Of a stretch of DNA of 64,000 nt, positions 1 to 13,500 are shown piece by piece (within the stretch, counting starts at the first letter, position 1; every line of letters begins with the position of its first letter). Made by a program: the position numbers and the translations under genes. The notes beneath the pieces are model-generated. The model searched no databases. It was given only the letters and a program-made list of their open reading frames with translations, and was not told where the DNA came from. Source of the stretch: Psilocybe cubensis (Eukaryota); contig CM039006.1 in the NCBI GenBank assembly GCA_017499595.2, positions 1,178,001 through 1,242,000 on the forward strand, given 5' to 3'.

Positions 1-3000
1 TTTAAAGCTAATTAATGGGCGCGTTCGCGTTCTCTGCTCTTCGTAAGACTGGAAGTTAATGACGATGGTTAGTTGAGTCTACGATTAATCGGACAGGGGG
101 AACAAGACGGACCTGTGTCGCAGGGAGCTGCGTCAAGGCATTGTCTAGCAAAGAATCTTATCAGAGCATACCTGACTAGCACTCCACCTCATCCACACAC
201 CCAAACAAATGAGGTTCGAGTGGGAGGCATTAAAGGCTCAACCATGCGTTGATTCCATCAAGACCGCACGCATGCGTGGATGGGAGCACCAAGATAGCAT
301 TACAGATTGGGCGTTTCCTTTGTTCTATCAGCGTTAGGAAAAAACGGTCTTTGTGTGTGCGAGATGAAAAAGAACGTCGGCGGTCGCAAAGGTTAATCCT
401 TTGTAGGCAGGAAGACGGGTCTGGTGATTCATTTGTACCTGTACAGGCGCCCGGATTGACTCGGAGGAAGCGGAAATGAAAGCCATTTCGCCCACCAGGA
501 ATCTGAGGATGATCCTTGAGGGATTTTCAAGTTGAACACCTGGGACGTCCACGCTGCAGTCGAGGTCTCATCAAGGTACATGATGTGTAGTAGGTGGAAC
601 CGATAATCAATTTTTCGATTATCCATGATGTGGACAAGGTCCGGCAAGTTCCTGCTAATTTTTTTTTAGTTTGCAGCGGAGCTGAGATTTCATTTATGTT
701 TACAGAGCGCTGATCCGAGCGCTTCAAAGCTTTCACTTAGTTCGTATATCGTTAACCGCATCCATATCCATGTCCTCTGGCGTCAAGCTAGAGAAGGCTA
801 GAGTAATACGTTCAGATAATAATACGCACTCAAACTTGGAGTGAAATGACACGTGTTCCTTGCCAAATCTAGGCCCTTTGCACTGGGTCTCTGTCGGCAT
901 TTTCTGCCTTGTTCTGCTCCGACCTCTCTTTTCAGGATTATCTGGGCACGCTAGTCATTCGCGGGAGTGTCGATCATGATCGGTACCCCTCTAGCGTCAC
1001 GGAAATGGCTGTCCAAGAGCCAATGGTATTCACTCCATTGAAATCCTCCTCATATTCGCGGAAGGCTTGAGGGATGACATTGAGATGAGATAGCTGCTCT
1101 CTGACTCATGAGCAGCGGGCGTCCCGCGCTAGAAGCTGTTAATTGAGGTACACATTCACATTTCCGACCTCTGCTGCCAGTGCACAATCTAATCCTGTTT
1201 GTGCATACTTGGCTGTTCAATTGAAGATGAGAATCTTGGAATAATCGTTTTTGAGTTCAAGATGGCGTTTTATCTCCTTGCTGCGCTGCGCTGGACCATT
1301 CCGATGGACTTGTGTTCTCCGTCCTTTATTTTCCTTGTTTTTCGTTAGATTTTTACATCTCCTAGTGACATCACAAGTCCATCGTGGACCTGTAGAGCTG
1401 CAGCCTGCGTACATGCTCAGCCAACACCAATCTCCGACATGCCCATGGAGTTCATATAGGTGGGTTAACACTGACTTGAAAGGTTTCCGAGTCGGATGCC
1501 ACATCTCCTGTCACAATGTTCACATTCAAGTTCGGTGCCTCGTCGTATATACTTACACTTACCCCCAACTCTTCAAGTTACGTATGCTATTTACCTTCGG
1601 CGTACGTACACGTCTAGCTATTATTTCTCCTATACCTCATCTCGCAACTGCGCATCGCCGAAACGACTCCGGCTTTTTGAAGTTTGCACAATGCAAATGA
1701 GCCATCCGACCAACAAATACTCAGGAACTGCGATGTCCACCTCCGGAGTCACACGCCAACTCGGTGGCAGATTAGGGTGGAATATAAGTAGGTATTATGG
1801 ATATAGGATTGGATAGTTTTGGGATAGGATTGGGATGGGATGGGATAAATATACTCACGGTCTCGGTCCTTGAGGGACAGGATCGGACGTGCGCTCGACA
1901 GCAAGCTCGCTGGAACGTGAAAAATAGCAACAGTTACAGTAAAGCACCGCGCACATCTTGTACAGCCTGAGGCGCATGGGGAACGATTGCGAATTCACGG
2001 TGTAGATTCAAGTTTAGATAGAGCCGTAGTAGTCGCACCGCCGACCGGCACACTGGCAATCTCTGCGCGCGCCAGCCGCGAGCGCGAAGTCTAGCTTAAG
2101 CTAGACTACGCTACGCTGATGGTGGTGGTGGTGCCAATGATGATATATATCAGGTTCTGAAGAACGTTCTTTGATTGTCTTTTTTTCTTTTTTTTGTAGA
2201 CCCGGGTCAAGGGATGGGGGATGGGGGATGGAAAAGGCGTTCTCGCGTTCTGGTGTTCTGGTGTTCTGGCGTTCTATGTTCGCAAGCTCCCAGGCTCTCA
2301 TGATCGTCTTCCCAGTGGCTCCAGGGCGTGCGTATGCGTGCGTCGCATCCTGCACTAGCAGTCTAGCACTAGTACCCCAAGCGCGTCTTCGCGCTTCGAG
2401 CTTCGTACTTTGATCCTCCTCAGCGTCCCGCGGATTCTTCCTTTTTTTTGTCCTTTCCTTTTCGTCTGCCGCGTCAGGCATTAAGGGATCCGCGATTTAT
2501 TGTAGTACACCATCCATCCATTGCCACGTGCGACTCCAGAGTATACTTCGGGATCGGCTTGGACGGTTCTCGGTCGCACGGGATGAGAAGAGATCAGATG
2601 GGGCACTGCGCTATGCTAGCCTTGAAAATTTGTAGCTTGAAGCCTTGATTATTGATTAATTGAAGTCCGGAACTGCGCGCGAGACATGAGCGTGATGCGG
2701 GGATTGGAAGTCCACCGTGAGCCGTGAGGGAGTATGCCAATTGTCCACCTAGTGCTTAAGTTACTTACAGAAAAATCAAAAGATGCATGGATGTATGATG
2801 TGATGTGTCTGTGTGGTCGCTGTCTGAATGCCTGATCATAAAAGTATATCATTAGCTATTGCCAGTGAAAGATGATGCGCCAAGTTCAGTGGACTCTGTA
2901 CTAAGTGCGATCTTTCAAAATTGCAAGTACCGGGACACAGTAGCTGTAGATGTAGTAGCTGTACCGTTATGGACCCGGAGACGAAGTCTCGCACGCCTAC

Positions 3001-3407
3001 GTGTACAATTACATGTCCAAGTAACAAGTTAACTTCTAACCGTGAGGTAACGTACACGGTTTAATTAAATACTACAGGGCATCGCACTAGACTAAGCGCA
3101 ACATAGAAATTGCCCAAAAAGGCGACTCCGAGTCCAAGTCCGAGCTAGTAGTAGGCTGAAAAGAAGCTTGTCCTTCTTCCTGCCAGTAGACTGATGGACG
3201 AGATTCAGAAAGCGTGGATATTCCCACCACTGGCATTCATTCCGGCGTGTCTGTGTGTGGTGAATGTTCTTCGTTTTACGGTTTTCTGTTTTGATTTTTG
3301 GATACTGATTCTGTTAGTCAATTTTTGCTGTATATAGTGATAGATTTATGATTTTGAGTTGATTTGAATGGTTGGATGTGAGTTAGTAAGGGAACTGAGC
3401 AGCTCGG

Positions 3408-6200
3408 ATGATGATGATGACGAGGATGATGTTGCCGATGTTGATGGTGGTGGTAATGTTGATGATGGGGGTAATGACGATGAAATAACTCAATAACGAC
3501 AGTGATAATGATAATGATAATGCTAGACCACTGGAATTTTATTTGTGGAGTGGTAGTGACTTGGGATTAACAAAAGTAAAAGTAAAAGTAAAAGGTGAAA
3601 AATAACACTTTGTGTCCGAATCCGACTCGGAGTCCATGACAAATGGAATGCGGGGTGCGGGGCCCGATTGTCATTGCGATAGTCGATGACTGTCACTCGC
3701 AAGAGGATAGACAGGACATGGACATAGCTGCTAACAGCTATAATATACAGCCCAAAACTTGGAATGACAATGGACATACTGTGTGGTATTAATACCGCAT
3801 ATGTAATTGTAAGTTTTTAACTCGAACACATGATGCCACTGATGTGATGCTGGAGAGTTGAGACGGGTGCGGTCACCGGTGTATAGTCGGAGGATGTATG
3901 TTAATGTCCAAATTTTCGTGCTTCAACTGGGCTGGGCTGGGATGGGATGGGGTGAGGGGTTTTGGTATTCTCTTTTCCTTTTTTTGCTCTCCTTTTTTCT
4001 GTTTTCTGTTTTCTGTTTCCCTTTTTTCTATTTTCTATTTTCTATTTTCTATTTTCTGTTTCCCTTTTTTCCCTTTTCTATTTTCCGTGTTCTTTTTTGT
4101 TTTCTATTTTCTATTTCCCCCTTTCCCTTTTCCCTTACCCTTTTCTGCTCTCTCCTTCCTCCTTTCCGTCGCGGTTTTCCGATTTCCGATTTCTTCGATG
4201 CTTTCTTGACACTTGCCTTCAGATTTGCTTTTAGCCTTATCAGTATCAGTATCGGGCTCAGGCTCACGCTGAACTTGATCACAATACATCACGATATACT
4301 TGTGCTTGTACTTTGTACTAGTACTACTTGTTACACTTGTTACCATTAGGCTAAGGCTCTGAATCCAAAGGACCAATGGACCAATAATCAATATCGGATA
4401 TCGGATATCCTCCCTCAGGCTCAATCCACCTCCATAATTATAAGCGCGATTCTAATTGGCCCGTGGGTACTACTAGCACTAGCACTAGGAGAACGATAAC
4501 AGCCGACTTTGGAATAAGTCAACTACACCAGCGCAAGCGCACGGGATTGAAGGGACTATATATATATATATATATGCGTGTGTGTATGTGAGCGCCGTGT
4601 GAGCGTGGCGGTGGCGGCGGCGCTACGAGCTACGAGCTACAACTGCAGCAGTGGGCGGCTGCGCGTCTACGTCGTTGGTGTCCATGTCTATATCGATGTC
4701 TACGTACAGTGTAACAGAAGTACTTAAATTGTGGTACCACCCACCACCCATAATGAGACTTTCCTACCTCGGAATCGTCTTCGGAATCGACGCGGCTTCG
4801 TTGAAAGAAAGAGGGTAACTATAAGTTACTATATGGCTGGTTATGGGCGCTAGATGCCAAGTCCAAGTTCATTTAAGCGTCCAAGTCCAAATTGCGCGTC
4901 GCGTCGCGTCGGATTTTTGTGTGCGTTTTGCGTACGTGCGGTCGCGTAATGGCGCTAGCATTTTTTTTTGGATTGGATGGTTAGACGATTATACGGTTAA
5001 AATTTTGATTGGACGGTTTGCGCGTTTCGTGTTGTGTTTCGGTTCCGGGGTGAGATGTGGGTCCTTTTTTTGCTTGCTATTAGTATTAGTCAAAGACTAA
5101 ACGGATGTGATGTGGATGTGATGTGGAGGCAGAGGCGGGCGTGGAGGTGGGGTCCAGACTTACGTAGACTGCGCGTCTTACAGTGTACTGACGGTACCGA
5201 CGGGATACGGGATGCAGGATGCGGGTGTTACGGCCAGAGCCAGAGCCAGAGCCAGGGCCATGAGGATGGGAGACTCGAGGTTGAACTTGGGCTTAGCGTT
5301 CGCGTTATGAACCGTGAACCGTTAGCTGTTAACTGTTAACCGTTAGCTGTTAAACGTTAAACGTTAGGCATTAACACGATCGATCGACGCGTTCGATGCG
5401 TTCGATGCGCATGTATGTACTAATACTACTTAAGTAAGTAGGGTTAACACGATCGACGCGTTGACGCGTCTTGCGCTATGTAGAATCTGGAGTCTGGAGT
5501 CTGAGACGCGTATTGCAATAAACTTTCCGAGCCACGGAATGGTCAGGGATGGGACGGGCCGAGGGACGGGGACGGGGGTGTATTTCATTCTATTTCATCC
5601 CATTGGCATCCTGGAGGCACCATCCTGGGAGCTAAGGAATCTGCTTCGAGTTCGAATTCGAGTTCGAGTTTGAATTGTTGTATGTTGTATGTTATAGGTA
5701 CCGTCGTTACTGTTGCGTGTAAATGTAAATGTAGTCAAGTGGTTATCTGGCTAGGTAGTACAGGGGCTCTAGCTGGCCTTAGCTGGCCTTAGCTGGCCTT
5801 AGCTGGCTCCAGTCTCAAGTCGCGAGTAGCGGAAGGTGCGACTGGCGCGTCGGTGCAAGTCGCGCACCGACCATTTCATTTCATTTTTCATTTTGTTTTA
5901 ATTTGACGTGCGGAGGTGAAGTTGAATTGGAATTTGGAATTTGGAATTTGGAATGCGCGTCGCGTCGCGTCGATCGTGTCGATCGCGTTGTGACGTGGGG
6001 TGTCGATCGCGTCGTTGGGTGTCGTGACGTGGGGTGTCGTGTCGTGGGGTGTCGTGTCGTGACGTGGGGGGCGCGTTGAGGGGCCATTGGCTGTCATTGG
6101 CCAAGCGGAGGGCTAGGCTAGGGAGGGATTAAAGGGTTAACGTTTAACGCTTAAGTTCATCATGGTTCATGGTTCATGGTTCATGGTTCATGGATTCACG
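3408..6200. repeat. Cluster of simple/short tandem repeats in a long non-coding tract
   Basis: (GAT/GATAAT)n at ~3408-3521; (TTTTCTA)n at ~4022-4115; (TA)n at 4557-4575; (AGCTGGCCTT)x3.7 at 5771-5807; (GGAATTT)n at ~5929-5954; (CATGGTT)x4 at 6161-6188. ORFs here are translations of the repeats. Confidence 0.85.
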
Positions 6201-7576
6201 GACCACAGTTGATCACAGTTGATCATTGGTTGATCCTGGGTGGGTGATCGTTTGATCGTTGAGCGTGCCTCTGCGGCGTGCCTGTGTAACTGTAACTTGT
6301 AGGAAAGGGTATTTGGAAATTGTGATGAAAAAGTCAAAAGTCAAATGAAGGATTGGTATTGGTTTTTGAGTTTCGTCGCTCGTGGTATAATGTAATGGAA
6401 GGGCTTGGAGGCTGCTACTATGACTATGATTATGACTTGACTGTGTGCCTTGGTCGTGGTCGCTGGTAACAGACGAAGTAAAATGCACAACGCAACGCGA
6501 TGGGATAGGGTGCAGTTACCCGACCGTGAAAGAAAAGCTGCGTATGACTGGAATGTGAACGTTAAACCCGGACCTGCCAGAGCGAGACTCGGAAGAGGGT
6601 GAAGATTTTTCGGAGACGGATTCGGTTTTGTGTTAATTAAATTTGTGATATGACATCGTCATAGGCTACCGGGCCTTGTGTCGGGCATAGGTTTACAGTT
6701 AATGCTATTGCTTAAGTGTAACATAAGTGTAAATTAAGTAACATAATCCTGAGGATGCGAGGTGATGGCGTATGCGTATGCGCGGTGCGCTATGGTGTAT
6801 ATATCTTAAATCCACTTTTCATGTGTTCGAAAGTTGCTTCTTTGAATTAGAAGTAGAATTAGAATTTGTGAACAGGTACCGAGCAGGTCGAATCGTCGAC
6901 GAGTTGAAAGACAAGGTAAAGGCACATTGACAGCGCACCGCCTCGCGCATCTTTTTTTTTTTTTTTCGAGGGAAGAAGCGTACTTACGCTATGTGCAGAT
7001 GGAGGCGTATATGCGCTGTGGAGATGTCACTGGGATAGATTGATAATGATATTTTTGGAAGAGGGGAGGGGTTGTGCGAGCGCCGAAGGGAGCGTGGATT
7101 CGTTGGATTCCTACGGAGGTTAAAAGAGTACGTAAGGGTGGCGGGGTTCGGAGGTGGACTGGGGATGAAGGAAGGGAATGATTTTATCTGCGGGGTATGT
7201 ATATAGACAATTGTGGATGGTAGCTATAGACTGGAAGGATGGATGGCAGATGAATGGGAAGCCGAGGGAGGTGGACACAATGAGATTGGATTCTGTGCAA
7301 ACAGAGACAAACAAACAAGTGAGATGGATCTTGGGAGACAGGGACGTCAGACCTTGGGATTCTGCACTCGCTGTGCTTTTTTATATCCTTCCTACAACTC
7401 CAGACTGCCCGCCCCTCGCTTCTCCTTTTTTTTTTCTTCTGCTGTGTCGCGTCGACCGTGTCCGCCTCTTTTCTTCCGTGAGTTGTCTGTGCCCCATCCT
7501 GACTGTCTAAGTGCTTGAATGACCCCCGTCTGCAGTCTGTCATTCATCCATTCATATTTTTCCATTCTACTCTTCT

Positions 7577-10500
7577 ATGGATTCCCCCAACCCCTCCCCG
7601 CCCCATCCATCCAAACACCCAACAAAGCCCAAGTCCCCCTCCATCCTCTCCATCGACCTAGGCGACGACTACGACGACGGATACGCCAGCCCCGGAAAGG
7701 ACGTCCGCATCCAGCGCTGGCTCGAGCAACAGTGCCGCTTCGTCCTCGGCGTCGACATCGCCCCAGATCCCACCAGCGAAGAGGACCACTCCGACTCGAG
7801 CGACGACTCGAGCAGCACCGACGAGCGCCCTCGTATATCCAACGCGCGCGCCCCGCCCACACCGCCCTCGCCACCCTCATCCGACCGCGCAGACTCGCCC
7901 CTCCTAGGCTACCCCAGCCCCAGCCACCCGGACCTCTCCTCCCCTTCCCCCTCCCGCTCGCACTCCCCTTCCCCCTCGCCCCCCGCGTCCCACGCCCGCA
8001 CAGACTCGGACCCCATCTCCATCCCGTCCCACTCACACGACCTCCCATCCGGCGACATCCCGGACCCTTTGCGCTTCCCCGCCCCCAACTACGTCCGCGA
8101 GCTGCCCCTCGGTGACCCCTTTGCCTTTTCCCATCCCGGTCCAGACCCCAAGAAAACCAAGAACAAACGCAGGAAGGAAAAGAAGAAATCGAAGGAGAGC
8201 GTGGGCCTGCCCCAGTCAGCTGCAACTGAACCCATGGAAAAAGTTTGTCCTTTTTTGATTCTTATTCTATCCGTTTTGTTTTGGTTGCCGGTGGTTGAAT
8301 TCGGTTTTTAAATATTTTACTTACTTACTCTTTTTCTATTTCTTTCTTTTCTTGCGTGTTTTAGCCTTTACCGCCTCCACCGCCCGTCTCGCGCCCAGGC
8401 GCAGAGCCAGTTCTGCTGCCACTGCGCATCACTCCCTCATCATCACACCTTCTAAACCAACCCACAACACAACCACCATCCACAACAACAACAACAACGA
8501 TATCACCATCAGCGCCCACCCCCCTGATATACGCCCACGCTCCAGCGCGCTCCTCCTCCCTCGCACACATCCGCGCCCACGCTCAGGCGCAGGCGCTGAC
8601 GCCCACAGCCAGCTCGAGCTCTATCACCTCAACGCCCGAAACGAGCTTCACACTCCCATCCGCCATATCCACGTCCACGTCCATGTCCACCTCCGCCACG
8701 TCCGCGTCCCCCGTGCACTCGCCGCGCATCTCGCGTTCTGTGTCGTTTACAAACGCGAACGCGACTACTCCTGTGTCCGCGCCCGCGCCCGCCAAGAGCG
8801 TGAATCCAAAGCGGCATTCGCCGACACTCTCAACAGCATCCACGTCCTCCGCCTCGTCCTTCACCCACTCACACGGACACTCATACGGGCTGGGACACGG
8901 ACACGGGCACGGACAGGCGCAGCACGTATCAATGCCGGCGCACTCGTATTCCCATTCATCGTTATCCTCGCTCGCGCTCTCGCGCGCTACTTCGTTTTCA
9001 CCGCAACAGCAGTACCAGCAGCAGACGCATTCGGCTTCAGCTGCGTCGGCGTCTGCATCCAGCGCGGTTTCCCAACAGCAACAGCAGCAACAGCAACAGC
9101 AGAGGAGACATTCAACACAGGCTTCTATATCCAGCACGACGAGTACCAGCGCGGGTGCGGGTGTGAGTGCGGGTGTGGGTGTGGGTGGGCGCAAGTCGTA
9201 TTTGCCTCTTGGACCCGGACCTGCGCCTTCCCCTGTGCCGGGTTCTCTCCAACAACAACAACAACAACAGCAGCAGCAGCAGCAGGTCCAGCCGTACCCT
9301 TACCATCACGGACATGGGCATGGACGGACACCGTCGATGAAGTCCATGTCCATGTCGGGCTCGTCGTCGTCTGTGCTTTCTTTGGCTTCTGTGTCTTTGG
9401 CTGGTTCGGGGTTGGGATTGGGATTGGGGTTGGGGGTAGTGTCGAGGTATGTTGTTTCTTTGTTGCGTTTTTTGTTGAGTTTTTTGGTTTTGGGTTTGGT
9501 TTTTTGTGGTTTTGCCCTGTTTTTCCTTTCTTCCTTTCTCACTCTATTTTTTTTTTTTTTTTTTTGCACTGTTCTGTTCATTTTTTTGATTTATTGTTGG
9601 ATGGATGGATGGATGGATCCACCGTGACCATCCACCCCTGCGTCATTGGGATCTTCTTCACTGAGATCTTCGTCTTCTGTTCGCTTCGCTTACTGCGACG
9701 CGACTCGTCAAATTTTTTTTTTTTTTTTTTTGATTTGGTTGGACTTTTTTTTACTCGTATCTCGGGACGGAGGGTTTTTATCAAGTTCTTCCTGATCATC
9801 TTCTTTGGTTTTCGGTTTTGGTTTTCGGTTTTCGGTTTTCGGTTTTGGTCGTGTCCCTGCATTGGACTTGGACTTGGACTTGGGACTTGGACTTCCACCC
9901 GCGTTTAGCGTTTCGCTTCTACATCCCTGCATCTGCTTCTGCCTTTTGCATCCGCGTTTTTACTTTTTTCCCTTTTTCCCTTTTTCCCTTGTTGCTTCTG
10001 GTTCTGTTCTGGTTCTGGTGCGGATCATCCGTCCGTCATTCACTTCCATCCATCCATCATTATCATCCACTTGTTTCTTGTTTAGAAGTTGAACCTGACG
10101 CTAACGCTTAACAACTCTTTTTTTTCCCGTCGCTTCTTTTTTTTGCGACATAGCTCCAATGTGAATGTTCCCACCCCACACGCGAGCGGGACGTCGACTT
10201 CGAATGGGAATGTTACTCCGAGTCCGAGTTTGAGTAGGAGTCCGAGTTTCAGCGCTAGTGCGAACGGGGGTGGGAGTGCGAACGGGAGTTATAGTCGCAG
10301 TCCTACGCCCTCTGGATCCGGTTCCTCCGTTGCAGCAGTAGCAACAGCAGCAGCAGCAAGCGGCTCGCTTTCGAGACGGTCGTCGGTGTCGCAGCTCGTA
10401 GGCGTTGGGGCTGTACAGGCGTCGCATTCCATGTCGATTTCGCATTCGATCTCGCACCCTCACGCGTCGATGTCGCACCCGCATACGTCGATCTCGCACG

Positions 10501-13500
10501 CGCACTCGCTATCCCGCCGCCCAAGTCTACTGCGTCAGCCCTCCCTACCGCTCCTTGGTGAAGTCGGCGAGCCGCCGTCGCCGCTTCCTGAGGGTGTGGT
10601 TCCTGCTGCTTCTGCTTCCGCTGTTTCGTCGACTTCGTATGTCGCTGCTGCTGCTGCTGTGGGCGACGGTAAGGCCGAGGGCGTGGAGAGTACCCGGAAA
10701 GTGGAGGATGTGAATCAAGGGTTGGACTTGGAGATGGGCTTGGGCTTGGGTGGTCCGATTGACACGCTTGAGATTGCGCATAGTCCATTGTCGGCGGACG
10801 CTGCGGTGCCAGCTCCAGTTTCAGCTCCGGTACCTATTGCGCCCCAGCAACAACAGCAACAGAACCCGGCGTCACCTGTAATGGCGCTGTATCACCTTCC
10901 AACCGCGATGCAGCAGCTCAGGCGAAGCCAGTCGTTCCAGGTGCTCGAAGCTGCTTCTGCCGCTGCCGCTGCGTCTTCACCATCTACTACATCCGCCTCT
11001 GCCTCTGCTTCTTCCCCCGGATCTGCGTCCGCCTCCGCCTCAGCGTCTTCACCGTCCACTGCGGATCCACTGGTCGTCACCTCGCCCTTACCCCCAAACG
11101 CACCACCTACGCGCCGCCTCTCGCGCGCGTCGCGCGCTGGATCGATGTTGCTTGCGCTCACGCCCATTGTGACGACTACGACTACTACTACTGTTTCGAG
11201 TGTTTCTGCGGGTGAGGGGGGTGGGGAGTTGGCGGGTGGTGGGTCGGGTGTGGCGGGTATGTCGAGTAGTGTTGTGGCGGGTGGTGTTGTGGCAGGAGGA
11301 GTAGGAGTAGGAAGCACAGGAGCAGCGGGAGCAGGACACGCGCAGAAGCACTCTGTGTCGTCGTCTGTCTCGTCAGGTGCAGGTTCTGTGTCAGCTTCAG
11401 CTTCCGTTTCGGTGTCGAGAGATAGGAGCCGTGCGCGCTCGCGTGCTGGATCGATGAGTCTTGCTGCGAGCTTGGCGCAGAGCTCGTTGAGCTTGCACGA
11501 TCGTGCTATGAGCACCGGCGATGGTGGTTCTGGTGTAAGCGCAGGTGCAAGTGTGAGTGGAGCAGAGGGAGAGGGTGAAGGAAATGGAGAGGAAGAGGGG
11601 TACGGCGAAGATTGTGCGCGGAATGCGGTGTACATTGATTCGGAGGAGGTTAGAGAGAAGTTGGATGCGCTGTTGGCGAGGGTTATTGAGGAGGTTTCTG
11701 GTGTTGCTTCGGGTGCGGGTGTTGGTGTGGGTGAGAAAGAGAAAGAGAGAGAAAGAGAGAGGGAAAAGGAGAGGGAGAGGGAGAAGGAAGCTGAGCTCGT
11801 CGGCGCGTTGTTCCTCAATGGCTCAGGCGACGCCGAAACCAGCGCCGACGTCGACATGGATATGGATATGGACGAGGATCGGTATCGCGAGTCGATGCAT
11901 CTGCACGATGATGGAAGGGACATGACGTACATGTTCCCGTCCCCGCCTCAGAGCGCCAACACGAGCGAGTTCCGTCTTGCGTCTCTTGTGCGCGCCCAGC
12001 AGCAGCAACACCAGCAGCAGGGTGTCATGACCAGTGTGCCCATTGCGCCGGGTGAATATGCTGCTTCGGCGGCACCGGCGGGGATATATATGACACCCTC
12101 TGGATCTGCGTCGCAGGTGTACATTGGCCCAGGCGGTGCCGGTGCCGCGCCGCTGGCGTACACATCCTCTTACACGCACTCACACTCGCGCGACACGTCC
12201 CGCTCGTCGTCGTCGCACCAGCGGCGGTCCACGCACTCGCATTCGATGTCGGTCAGCAGGAGTGTAGTGCATTCGCGCGCGGGGTCACGGGATGTCGCGG
12301 GTACCGGGCCAGCGGTGACGATGATACCGGTGCCGATACCTGTTCTGTCGGATGTGGAAGGGACGAGCAGGAGGCCTGTAAGGCCGCCGCCTGCGCCGCC
12401 GCTTGATCTCAATCTCGGACTTGGATTGGGGATGGGGATGGAGATGGAGGGTATCGATGTGATGCCGGAGGAGGAGGAGGTGGTGGTGCTTGGAGGCGAG
12501 GAGGAGGATGCGCTGTTCCTGCGCGAGAGTTTGGCGGGGAGGATTAGTGTGGAGAGTCAGGAGATTGGAATGGATGAGGATATGCAGCGGGAGCGGGAGC
12601 GCGGGTATGGAGGGCGGATAGACGGTGGTGGTGTGGATGGGTACGGGTATGGGTATGGGTATACAGGGTTTGCTGGGGAGGAGGGAGAGGAGGAGGAGGA
12701 AGGTGATGAGCAGGCGGAGGAGAGGATGGCGTTTTTGAGGGGGTTGGGGCTTGAGGATCGCATGATAGAGTTCCCGGCTGTGGAGGCGTTGGCGGCGGCG
12801 AGCACGGGCGTGGTCGATGAGCTGGATGCAAGGCCGGAGCTGTCGCGCTCGATGTCGCGATGGAGTTTGACGTCGTCGACGATGGGCGATGATAACAACA
12901 ACAACAGCAACAGCAATCCACCCAAGGAGAAGCGCAAGAGCCTCGTTCCGTCTGCCAATGGCGACGCCGCTGGCGAGAAGAAGCGCGGACGCCTTGCCTC
13001 GCTCATATCGCGGTTCTCGGGCGTCGTTGCCCCGTCCAACACGCCGACGACGGAGGATATGCCCCCGCCTGTACCTGCGCTTCCGCTCTCGCCGCAGTCG
13101 GTCACCCACCCTTACCTGCAGTCGCAAATGTACGTCGCCGAGTCGCCTACCTCGCCTTCGCCGCCACTGCCTCCATTACCGTTCGAGGCTACCGCCAAAG
13201 CGCTGCCGCCGCTGGATATGAAGCTGACGCAGGTTGTGCCAGGAACGTGGGAAGCGCCGCAAAGGGTACCGCCGTCGAAGAGCGCGCCGAGCTCGCCTGT
13301 TAATTTGAGGCCGAGGGCGATGACGACTGGCACGGCTACCGCTAGCAACAACACATACACGCCCCGCGTCGTCATCCCTGCGCTCGCTCCTCCAAAGCCT
13401 GGATTCATCGATACTGAAAGCCCGATTGAGTCGTCGCCTGACACTGACAGCCCCGTGCAGCCTGCCGTGCCAAAAGTCATCATCCCTGTGCTCATGCCCA

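Noticed and set aside
170-1750. Protein-like minus-strand fragments (e.g. 429-647, ~990-1100, 1217-1504)
   Set aside because: No consistent spliced model or recognisable motif could be built; may be a degenerate gene.
3858-4424. Phe-rich and Lys/Arg-rich ORFs
   Set aside because: Translations of the (TTTTCTA)n pyrimidine tract.
5771-6193. Short direct repeats considered as CRISPR- or telomere-like
   Set aside because: No spacers, eukaryotic context, not TTAGGG; simple minisatellites.
8295-9908. 537-aa ORF and the many antisense ORFs across 7.5-15 kb
   Set aside because: Alternative-frame shadows of the GC-rich low-complexity gene; they run through T-rich introns.
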